DNA of 64,000 bases from the human T2T-CHM13v2.0 reference genome, Homo sapiens. The position numbers and the translations under genes were made by a program. Below, in pieces: positions 42,604-54,421 of the stretch. The stretch lies in NCBI RefSeq assembly GCF_009914755.1, contig NC_060930.1. The stretch is one strand, 5' to 3'. The stretch's first letter is position 1. Each line of letters opens with the position of its first letter. The notes beneath the pieces were generated by a model, which saw nothing but the letters and a program-made list of their open reading frames with translations, searched no databases and had not been told where the DNA came from.

Positions 42604-43759
42604 ACCATTTACAAACATTATCTCTTCTTCTATTTCCTAATGATGTTATTGAGGTAAGCTACATTGTTCAGTCATATGATGAGGGAAGAGAGGAAAGGAT
42701 GGGGCTCAAGATGAGTAAGGATGGATATGAGTTAAACTCTGTGCTTTGTAAGCTTTCCTCCATGAGACATTTGATGTTACTTTATGTGGGAAATGTGGCA
42801 AGAGGGTTTGCCTTAGAGTGGGCATGTCTGAGGCAAAATATAAAACAAAACAAAATAAAACAGATCATTTGAATAGGAAACCAGAAAGCTGAATTGAGTC
42901 CATTTCTCAAAGACGACATTCCTGCCTATCACTGGTAATGTGCACGTTCTTAAGTAACTCACATGTTTCTCCCTCAGTCCTTCCGTATAATTTCTACCAT
43001 ATCTACTTCCAGAGCCTCTGTATTTTAACCTTCCTTTCAGAAAATCACTGGTAACCAGAAGCCAGCCACTCTGGCTATAATTAAATATCCAAACTGATTG
43101 TATTTGAACTGTCTCATTTGGGGCCATGTTTAGGAAATTATCATAAAGTTGGTCTATTCTCTTAAACCATCAACTTCTCAGAAGCTAAGTCATCATTTTT
43201 CTCTAGTATATATGTAAGCTCTGTTTCCATGGTGGTGGGTGGGTTATATGGAAAACATCATCCAAAGCAGACATACAATTTCCCCCAAAGTAGAATATTT
43301 ATTCTACAAATCTTGCAATCTGTTTTCATAAGAGATGATACAAGGACTAAAGTGCCACTTCATTGATACTTACTTCATTATTTTACCAGAGGATGAGATC
43401 AACTTAATAGAAGATAATTACATTATTGGCTTTGGGGCTTCAAAGAAAGAAAGAAATCAGTTTTACATTTGCTCCTTCTTAATTCCCTAACTCTTCTTGG
43501 GACTTTTGAAAAGATAATTGCCTGTAATTCAGAAAAGTTCATGAACTAATTTACTTAAGACCCTAGAAACACACATAAGATCCAAGGAAGAACTAAGAAC
43601 ACCATTTTTCATCTTTTCCCTAACAAGATTATGGAAGACAGGATGATTCTAAAGATGCTGTGCTAAAATAATATGACAAATTTTTTTCAGTTTGTGGATG
43701 TCTGTACAAAGCATAAATAAAGTAATATATTTCATAGTATTATTACTAGGCAACATGTG

Positions 43760-44350
43760 TTTTAGCATTTTTATTGTAAAAGTAATATATGTTCGTGATT
43801 TTTTAAAAGGCAAAAGTGTTTACGGTAAACAGCAAAATCCCCTTCCCTGACCCACCTCTGAATGTATACTAAAGTTTTTCTCTAAAACGAACTACTATAA
43901 AAGCATGTATCCACATATAAACACATATATATCCTGGATTTTGGTACACAAATAGGGTTTTATTTACATTCTCTTGTTTAAATGTTGTCTACTTCACATA
44001 TCTCTTGGATATATTTCTTGCTAAAATATACATCCATAACATTATTCATAATGGATATAGGTATCATGGATATAAAGCATATGGCCCAGCTAATAAATCT
44101 TAAACATACATATTATACCTGACTCAGCAATTCTGCTAGTAGGGTTGCTATGCTCTTTTATGGCTATATAATAATTTATGTCACTAGTATCCTATTAATG
44201 GATATTTAGGTTAAAATGTTTTGCTCTTATGATCAATATTGCACTTAGTGTTGTTGAACCTGTATGTTTCCATATATCAGGAGCCTACTATAAAATAAAT
44301 TCCTACTAGTAAAACTGCTGAACCAGAGGATATATGTATTTTTTAAATAT
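43760..44350 (-). mobile_element. Old L1ME-like fragments
   Basis: tttttattgtaaaagtaatata...cctattaatggatatttaggtt...attcctactagtaaaactgctg; boundaries approximate. Confidence 0.55.
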
Positions 44351-46081
44351 GCTAGTTAGACCGTGTGCATTATGTCCATGAATATGAATGATTAATTTCT
44401 AGATGAAATTCATAGCAAAACATAAATTCAATTCTATTTGAAATGGGACAGATGTTATAATTAATGATTGGCTTCTAAAATCTGAGGGATCTCAAAATAA
44501 ATTCTTTATTTTACTCTAAAACAAAAGAGTTTACAGTTCCTTGTTTGAACATTGCACAGAAAGATTGCCATGCACTGAATTTATTTAAGAGACATATTTT
44601 GAATGGTGCTCCATGTTTACATATTTCAAAAACTCCAGAAACTAAATCCTGTCTGTGAAACAGTGTAGAAAAGAAATACTTCACAAGAGTTAATTATTTG
44701 GGCCACAAAATATAAAATAAAATCTCTCATTTCCAGTGGATGAAAATTGGCGCTTCTAAATCAGAGTGCTAGTAATGTTCAACAATTTGAGCACAACACA
44801 TGATTGGCTGTGAAACAGTGTACAGAAACATGTAGCTCCACCTGTTCAGATATTCAAAAGTCATTTCATGGTTATTATAAGATAAATTTATTTGGACATG
44901 CCTAGTCATGCATGCATTAGACATGTGTCTCAGCCAAAATAAATTGCATTTCATTATAAAATGGAAAACCAAAGCTCACAATAGGTCCATTTTTCTTATT
45001 TTGTTCTTTTTCAAATCAATTATTTTACTTCCTCCATTCTCTGTTTTATTTATTTGTCTTTGTCTTTCTCTATCTCTGTCTCTTTTAATGTAAGAATATC
45101 TTTAAGAAAAGTTTCTAACTATACGTTTCTAATTATACATTTAAAGACAGCATGTATGTGCATACATTCGCACACACATTTTATATATATATACACACAC
45201 ACACACACATGCTCTTTAAATGTTAATAATTAATCACATAACCCTCCTTTTGGTGGCTTTGGTCTCACTGTCAGAATTGCTAAGTAGGAAGGTACAGGCA
45301 GCCAGTGATGGCTCCCTTGTCAATCTCAGTGAGCCTGAGCAGTCGCTGGAGCTTGCAGTATCAGTTGCTAGGCAACCTGTTCATCTGCTGTGCCTGATAT
45401 TTCAATTCGGCAGCAGTAAAGGTCTGTTATGTTATGGCCTTTCAGAACTACCTTCATTACATAATATCTACCATTATAATAAAGGAGCTTTAAATGTTTA
45501 GGGGTGTGAGAGTAGCAAGGAAAATCAGTGCAGCTGTGCCACTCAGATAATGTCAAGGTAGACTTTCTGCATATAAAAAAGTATAAAATTATGACATATT
45601 TAACACTCAGTCCTTCCTGGCAGAGAACTAAAAAAGCATCCTACCAGACTATTTACTTGATGATATCAAATCAGGTCTTGTTACCATTCTAGAAAAGTTT
45701 CTAACTGCTGCTATAATGAAGGTAAAACAGCAATGGCCTACAGAAATAAGAAGAATATTAATGTTCTGGATATAATAAATGAGGCTAGCGTGTCTAGCCA
45801 AGTATTTGTTTAAAGGGCACTTCTTGAGAACAGACTTTTTTTAAGTCTGAAAAGCAGCAGCTATGTAAGTATTCCAGGTTGCCAATCTTGCTAAATCATT
45901 TTCCTAAATAAATGTCTGGGATTCTATGACATTCATTGGAAATGATTTCAAATAGTCTACTCTTTACCCTTGAGTTTATTTTAGAAGAAGCAAATAATCG
46001 TTGTAACAAGATGGCTTGAATCACAGGTTTGCTAATTTATCCACTCTTGTCCAAGTTTTCTGTATTTATAAAAATAGAACT

Positions 46082-46445
46082 TGTCTTTGTATTCGGGCTA
46101 CAATAACAAAAATATTATGAACTGAGTGGCTTATAAAGAACAGAAATTTATTCATTACAGTTCTAGAATCTGGAAAGTCCAAGATCAAGATACCAGCAGA
46201 TTTGATGTCTGGGGAGGGCCAATCTGTTTCATACATGGTGCCTTCTATGCATCCTCATTTGGTGGAAGGGGTGAACCAACGACCTCAGGTCTCTTTTACA
46301 AGAACACTTATCCAATTCATGAGGGCTCTGCTCTCATGACTTAATCAACTCCCAAAGCCTCCACCTTCAAATACCACCACCTTTGAGATTAGGCTTCAAC
46401 ATATGCATGTAGGGTAGGGGGAACACAAACATTCAGACCATAGCG
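46082..46445 (-). mobile_element. MaLR solo LTR (MLT1A/MSTD-like)
   Basis: cagaaatttattcattacagttctagaatctggaaagtccaagatcaag...cacaaacattcagaccatagc. Confidence 0.85.
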
Positions 46446-46449
46446 CAAG

Positions 46450-46883
46450 TGTACCAATTAGAATATAGTTTTAGATCAGTAACCAAAATAATCCTAAAGA
46501 TACAGTGTCTTAAACAATATAGAATCTTATTTTTCTCCCACATAATAGTTTCAAAAGTTCAGGCTTAATATAGTCCCTTCTGTTTTTCACATTGCCATCT
46601 TCAACTTGCAGTTTCTATCTTGTGGTCTAAGATGACCATTGAACCTGGATTCTTGCCTAAGCAAAGTGCATCTACACTCCAAACCTTTGAGAGAACGGCT
46701 AGTAGTTGTACTTATTACTTCTGCTCACATTCCATTGAACAGAACTTGGTCACGCTTAACTGCAAGGAGACTGGGGAATGACATTGTCTATTGGGGGGGC
46801 ATTTTCTGTCTGGCTAAAACTCTGGGTAGCTATTACAAAAGGAAAAGTAGAAAAGTAGATTGGAGGACAACCAGCTGTCTGCA
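46450..46883 (-). mobile_element. MaLR LTR (MLT1J-like)
   Basis: cttctgctcacattccattgaacagaacttggtcac...actgcaaggagactggggaatg. Confidence 0.6.
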
Positions 46884-49800
46884 ATGAGAGGAAGCAAGAG
46901 CAATGCTACTACATAATACTTAGTAGTGTTGTGTAGAAGAAGTAATACAATTGTCTTAAACTGTACAAATAAAATTCCTTTGAGAAATTATAACACCCCA
47001 AGAATAGAATGGGACACAGAGGATAACAAAAAGCATTGAGTTCAATCCTCTACGTCACTTCTTTCAGAAAGGGTCCAGGACCCTGAATGGGCTTGGAGAC
47101 CAAAAACAATTTGTGAATAATAGATATGCTTATTCTCTTGATTATGGTGATGGTCTCACTTGTGTATGCATATGTCAAATTTTCACCAATTTTACATTTT
47201 TAAAGATGTGCAATTTATTGTATGCCACTGATACCACAATGAGCTTTTTTGTTTTTTAAGAAAAAAAGAGCATGGAAAGTGACACCAGCATTTGAATAAA
47301 TGCCATGTCTTTCCCTAGAGAAATAGCTGCCAAGAGGGTTAAAATCAAAGAATTCAAGGTGATGTTCTCATCAATACAGTTCTCTAGTGAAGCAGAAAAA
47401 CAAAAAAAGTGACCTTTTCTAGGACAACAGTACAAAACATATGGGAGAAACCAGCAGGAGGATTTTAGCTGGAAATGGATTACTGGGAACACTAGATTTG
47501 TTTAATAATGTTTTGTTCATGATCTTTCCTGAGTATCAACATGAGAACCTGCCACATTCAGACCAGAGTCAAGGTAATTGTGATAAAGTATAGGAAGAGC
47601 AGTCCTTCCGGGGGCTGGGCGGGGGGCCGAGGGCAGGGGGAACATGAGAATATGCTTTCTTTTCAAACAGGAGCCAGAATCTCCAGGCAGCAGACAATTG
47701 GCAAACAGAAGAGGGAAGCAAATAGGCTTTATTTTCCTATGAAGATAAATATTGGAAGAAGGAAAAGCAGGGAGACGAAAACCTTCCTGTCTACAGTGAC
47801 TCTCATTGAGAAGATCTGTTTGTAAAGGGTTGCAAACTTACTGACTCCTTTGCCTGTTGCCTACACTTTTGTTAATCCCAGTCATTCTTATAAATCCTCA
47901 TCTTTACAGATTTTGTGTTTATTCATTCATTCGAACATTTTTTAAAGTACCTACTTTCTATGTGTCATAAACTTTCCTAAGTGGACAAAAAATAAATAAA
48001 TTCAACTCCAAAGGAGCTCCTAGTATGGAAAAAAGAGACAGGTAGAAATCAAATCTCTCCAGTTCAGTTTACCCATTTATATCTGAATTTTTACTATGCC
48101 ATTATACAGATATATGTGTTACATATTTTAAGCAAGCACAGAAAAGGCAAGTGGTAAAATAGTGGCCAAAGACTTCTTTCTGTCCTAGAACACAGGATTC
48201 CTTTCTTTTTCACATCATCTGGAGTTATTTTTCACCTGTATTTTGGAATACCAAATTGGGTGGGCTTGCCTCTACAGATCGTTGGCATTCCCTCTTTTCA
48301 TGATATGGTAATATAAATAGAAGAAGACAGATTGAAGAGTAGTGAGGCATGCATACATTTCAAAAGTAAACTAAAATAAAAGCTAAAACCTTTCTCTTAG
48401 AGCCAGGGGCATAATGAGATTTTATGTTGTAGAATTGTCCATAAACTAAAAAGAAAAATAAAGATTTTAATCTTACACTTCACATCATTGTTTTCCATGT
48501 TGCTTTATCTTTCATCTTATATCAATAAACAGATCTGAAATGTAATTACTCTATTAGGAGGCTTGTCTTTAAGAGCACTGCATCTTTCCAAATATAAACC
48601 TATCTTTTTTTCAGAGGGGCTAACAAAGTTGTCCTCAGGGGAGGGGATGAGCTCAGCGTTGATATTCTTTGCTTCTTAGTCATGTGTCACATTTGGATCC
48701 ATTACATTTGGATGAAAGATGAACGTGTGGGCTTGTGAAATGGAGTAGAGGCAAGCTGAATGCAAGGAGAGCATCTAAATGTCAACGGTGACAACTGTCT
48801 AGGTGAAAATAGTCTTATGTCATCCTAGTCAATCCATATTAAGCCCAAGATTTTACAATGTTAATTAGCTAAATTAATTTATGTAAAAAAGGTGATTCAC
48901 GGTTTAATTTTGTATATCTTCTTACCCTTGGTACACTTTCTATGTTATCAAAAATTTTCTAAACTCTTTATAACCCATCATCTACTTGGTGCTTTGTAAT
49001 GACCTTATCAGTTCTTGATTGGACATTTTATGTTCATTTTAATACTTCTATTGAACCAACAGTATGTATTAAAATAGTTTCGCTTAACACAGCACATTCA
49101 TAGTAGGCTGGAAGACACTCTCACACCCCAAAAGCACTTTTCTAATGAAGTAAAGCAACTGAATTATAGATTAAAGTAGTCACTATGCCTCTGCAAACAG
49201 GAAAATCTGACGTTCATAGGTGCTACCTTCTGTCCATCACTCACATAACAGAAAACGCAACTGGAGTGCTCCCAATTTTCTCTAAACTATCAATGCTGCC
49301 ATGAGAAATTCAAGCATCCAAGGAGCGAACACAGCTTTCAAAGGCAAAAACAACCCCTCGCACCATCTATCAAAACCTCACCTTCACTGCCTAAATAAAA
49401 TTTTCAAGAAAATTAACTATAAAGGGAAACTAATAACACAAAACTCCAGTGCAGCATGGATACTGCGATTTATAATTTTTCTTAAAATGATAATGATTAT
49501 CTTAATTTGTAATAAGAGCTAAATCCTCCCTCTCCCCTTGATCTGTGGTCATTATCCCAAAACACAGCTGTGGATTTATAAAAGAAAAAATGATGCCTAC
49601 GGTTACTATTTTGCAAGTTCTATATTCTTGAATGTGTGTAAAACACATGTGAAGTCTTTCTCCACAAAGCTGCAGGTTTTCAAGTGTTTTAGAACCTATA
49701 TTAAAATGTTACTGTGGAACAGACCAGAGGCAAACATTGAGGGTGGATATCTTTGCATCTCAATCCAGGCTTTCTTGGGAACTAATTTCAGCTATGGTGA

Positions 49801-52213
49801 TTATTAACAGTCAAAGTTTTATTTGCATTTTAATAGGAGATTCTTGAAGAAAATCCTTCGATTCAAAAGAATGAAACTAAAATGATAGATTAGGATTGAT
49901 GTTTTAGGGACATTTACTAGATATACCTCAATTAAATCACAGAGATGCTTGTTTAATCTCTAACGCGTGGAAGAAAATGTGTTAACTGAAATTGTATATG
50001 CCTATAGGAAAATAGTTTGTCCAAATAATTCCCAAGATTATAGATTGTATTTTTTCAAGATCTGTGTTCAGTGTTGCTAGAATCCTGCATGTTATCAACC
50101 CACCTAAATTATTTTAAAGAGTGGCTTATTCAGAGATAACCATTGTGTCATGAGCTATGCAAGGTATTGGGACTTCCACAAGTCCCAGAAAAAGACAGAT
50201 ATGCTCTTTCAGGCCATTCTAGGAAATAGGCAAAGAGCACAGATTTCTTAGGGAAAAATGGCCAGGGGAAAAAGGCCAGAAGAAAAGCCTAATCAAGCAG
50301 GCCATAAGGAAATGTAGCTTGACTTATCAAATAGAATAAAGTTGGTAATTACTGAGTGGTTGCCCCAGCTAAGGCAAGTTTATTCCTAAATTTTTGTCAA
50401 CCTATTCCTGTCGCCAAACTTTTACAAATATATGGATGAATTTTAAATCACATAACAGATGTTTCTTAAAATATACAGAATGTGTCTTATTCAATGGCAG
50501 TACTATTGGAGCTCAACCAAGGTTAAATAATAAACAACACATTCGGAGCCGTTAATCTACTGCACCAACACTTGTCAAGCAAAACGATTGTATTTTATTA
50601 TCTGGGCTGCTAAAAGTGTCATTTGTGAAGATTATAAAATTATATGATGAAGTTTAGAAACTGAAAGTCCTTTATAAGTCCTATTACCTTGCCCCACGCA
50701 TGCAGGCTGGAAGCCTAGGGAATTTTGCAGTGTTGCTCAATTATCCAGCAGGGGTGCTGTAGGGAGTTCTCACACAATTTGCTCTTAATTTACAGGCCTC
50801 CAAGGACAAGAAATTCAAATATGTCCTTTAACATTCTTTGAAGCTGATGAAGCAGGAAAGATTGGTCACTTTTTGGAGAGAATATCTCCTTCCTTATAAA
50901 ACTGGGGACAACGAGGCTGTCAAAATATCAAGGTTCCCTGCTGAACAGTTTTTGTCTAGTCGTAGGAACTGGGGAAGTTAAAATCAGTCCCTAGTATCCC
51001 CAGAGACTACTAGCTTTTTCTGAAGCTCAAGAGTCTTGCTAGGTGGCACACAATGGTTGTTTAAAGGCAGCCTACCCAGCAAAGTGGCTGCAGGTCAACA
51101 GAGTGAGCAAACAGACATACAGGATCTAGAGACAGGGCTGCCTTTATGGTTGTTGTCCTAACATAATTACTGCTAGTGACTTCTTTGAATTTCTAAGGTT
51201 TTCTAGTTTGGAAAATAAGTCATACAGTATCCCTATAACTAGAAGGAAGAAGGCTATTGGCCTCACCCCATTCAAGGCCATTGGCCTCGAAACATCTGCA
51301 AAACAGGTATTTAGGAGCAAGAGCATACTCAACGGATCTTTCTTCCACTGCAAAAGGTTGCTGAGTGAAACTTGCTATTGCATGCCCATTGTGGGCAGTG
51401 GAACTTTTTCATGCATATAAGGAGATGGTAGTCATTTTCATAAGTATCATTTGCGAGCATGAGGACAAGCCATATCTTCAATCCCCATATATTGCTGTTC
51501 CCTAGAGAAGGAAAGCTCCTTGAGGACAGGGAATTTTGGTGTTTATCACTGTGTCTCTACTGCCTAAAATGGCATTTGGCACAGGACAAATGTTTAATAA
51601 ATATTTTTTGAATGAATAATTCCAGAAGTCAATGCTGTCCTTCATGACTCTTTAGAGAACATGTTATATATGAATGCATTATTAAGGGAAACTATATTTC
51701 ATTTACGTGGTTGTTGCTCCCATTGTAACACCCAATTGACCCTGTTGCCATTCTTAACTTCAGGAAATCAAGAATCCTTTCCTCTGATCCTCTTCTCTTT
51801 CTCACTGGTAGGTCTTTGTCTAGAAACCATGAAACTTCCAAATAGCTAATTTACTGCAAGAATAACATCATTTTTCATCAGAAAAATAAATTACATATAA
51901 TTAAATGTGAAGACCATGACGTGTCCCTTTCCTTTCGTTTAATCATTTGTTTGAACTGACACTACGTCTCTTTTCCCAGATGGGAGAGAAATCTGGTAAC
52001 AAAATAAAATGTGTTAGTGATGCTCATTCATTTTTATTTACTAAGACTCGGGCTTATTATCTCTGCAAATTGCAAAGCTGTGACCTTAAATACTCGATGT
52101 AAATGTGGTTCTTTAGAAAAAAGGGAAATTAAAATATGAACATAATTTATTTAGCTAGATTTTCCTTTTTCTCCAAAAGGAAAAAAAAAATGTGTAGTCC
52201 AGTTTATATGCTC

Positions 52214-52497
52214 CTGGAGTGCAATGGCGCAATCTCGGCTCACCACAACCTCTGCCTCCCGGGTTCAAGTGATTCTCCTGCCTCAGCTTCCTGAGTAGCT
52301 CGGATTACAGGCATGCGCCACCATGCCTGGATAATTATTATTATTATTATTATTATTATTATCATTATTATTATTTTACTAGGGATGGGGTTTCTCCATG
52401 TTGGTCAGGTTGGCCTTGAACTCCCGACCTCAGGTGATCCACGTGCCTTGACCTCCCGAAGTACTGGGATTACAGGCGTGAGCCACTGCACCCAGCC
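52214..52497 (-). mobile_element. AluSp-like, 3' end/poly(A) missing, linker expanded to (ATT)14
   Basis: caatggcgc, caccacaacc, tttctccatgttggtcagg and ctcccgacctcagg Sp diagnostics. Confidence 0.9.
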
Positions 52498-52806
52498 ACT
52501 CCTTACTTTTCATTGTGTTTATTCTATGCAATCCCTCTAAGGATGGCAATTCTCAACAAAAGGCATTTTTCATTTATAACATATTTCCAAAGTTAACACA
52601 TAACTGGAAGATCACAGAAAGATCACGTACAGGTCTTAACTACATGAAAGAATGGAAATTTATCAAAACTACAGCTCATAGCCAGGCCAGAAGGGTCTAT
52701 CTTTTCCCTTTCCTGTAATCCTACAACCAGAAACACCATGTACCTTCTTTTCTGTGGTCTGGCCCCCAAAGACTGGATGGAGACCAGCAGAAGAATGTGG
52801 ATACAT

Positions 52807-53260
52807 CTATCAGTTTGGAATATTTAGTTTGCATATGACTGAAACCCAGGTGGAACCAAGAAAATAAGATGAACTAATTAATTCTCATAATTTAAGGAAC
52901 AATTGAATAGCCAAACTCTAGTCAGGACAGTAATGTGTGAAACCTCAGAAACACTTGAGACCAGGGAATCACAGTGGAGACTTCAGGGCACTGTCTCCAT
53001 TTCTAACCTTGCTTTTCTACATATTGGCTTCATTCTTCTTTCTTACCAAGATGTTTTCTCTACACAGCAAAAAGCATGACTACTGGAAGCTCTAAGCTTA
53101 GGAACAAGAGCAGAGAGAGATGGTGTCTTTATCTTTGTCACCTAAATATGAATCCCAGGGAGTGATTTTTATATATCTGAGTCACATGTTCACCTTTTGA
53201 GTGAATCATTGTTGCCAGGGAAATGGGTTACTCTGGTCAGATCCAGGTCTCTTTTACATG
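52807..53260 (-). mobile_element. Old MaLR LTR (MLT1K-like)
   Basis: ttggcttcattct...gagtcacatgttcaccttttgagtgaatcattgttgccagggaaatgg. Confidence 0.5.
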
Positions 53261-54421
53261 TTAATCATACCTCAAGAAAATGTTTCATTTTGTTTTAATG
53301 AACTCATTTCTTATTATGGGGTTAGGTGAAGAACAGGCTTTATAAAAGCTGAAATTTCGGATGGAAAAGGGAAAACTTTAAAACAAATTATTTAGTAGAT
53401 CCCAATCTCAATATGCAGTCAACTGTAAAGAATGAAGAGTATAAGAATGAGATTAAGATTGGAGAAGAATAGAAAGGTATGTGGACATCATCAACAATGT
53501 GTCCATGATCTTTTAACAATGTGCCCATGATGGGTGCATGAGGAAAGGATTGCTGAATGCATTATGATCCAGCTAAGATCAGGCCACGTGAATTGATGAT
53601 GGAACTGGCTGCATCCTGACTCTGAGGGATGATGCTATTGACATTATTATGACACCATGCTGGATAACGGTAATTTATGCATAAGTTTAAGATTAAAAGA
53701 TAATATTTATTTTCAAATTTGAATATTTGAAATGTTTGATAAGGTCAATTTCTATTACTGTTTCTTCTGAAACTGTGCCTCATGTATTACATTTTAGGAA
53801 CAAATTCTGTTATACTTTTTTCAACCTAGTATATCACAAACCCTGCTATGCTACTATTTTCATTTTTTAATCTATAAGATTTTCATCTGATTTTGTAGAT
53901 TTAATGAGATGCAGAGAGTTGTAGAAATGTGCAAATGTGTAAAGTATCCAAATTCCAAATATTATAATATGAATCTCATCCTATCAGCCTATATGATTGG
54001 GTCTTGTTTAATGTCTTCAAAAATGAGCTCTGAGTTAGAGAGAAGAAATAGATGAAGATTATGATAACATGATTTGACGTGGATTTATTTAATTGCCATT
54101 CAGTCAGACTTCCTATAAAATGCACTTTTATCAAATTGCCACTAAGCATATGTTAACATGCATTAGGCAACATATTAAATCAGGAAGATTTTCTGCTTTG
54201 CTAGTGGCTAGAGAAATATATCAGTTTCTTAAATCACATATATATTAAGTTGAGATTTTTTATTTTCCACCCATAAACCGGAATATAGATGTCATGTATT
54301 AATGGATACTATTCAAATCTAAAATCTAGTGTTTAATACTAAGAATTCAGCCCAATAAAGACTTTAAAACTTGCTTAAATCCATAAACTGTAAGTTCTTT
54401 TTTTTAATTTTCATATTTTTA

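Noticed and set aside
50745-50760. CTCF-like motif CCAGCAGGGGTGCT
   Set aside because: One base short of the core (needs ..AGGGGGCG/A); the key GGC positions do not match.
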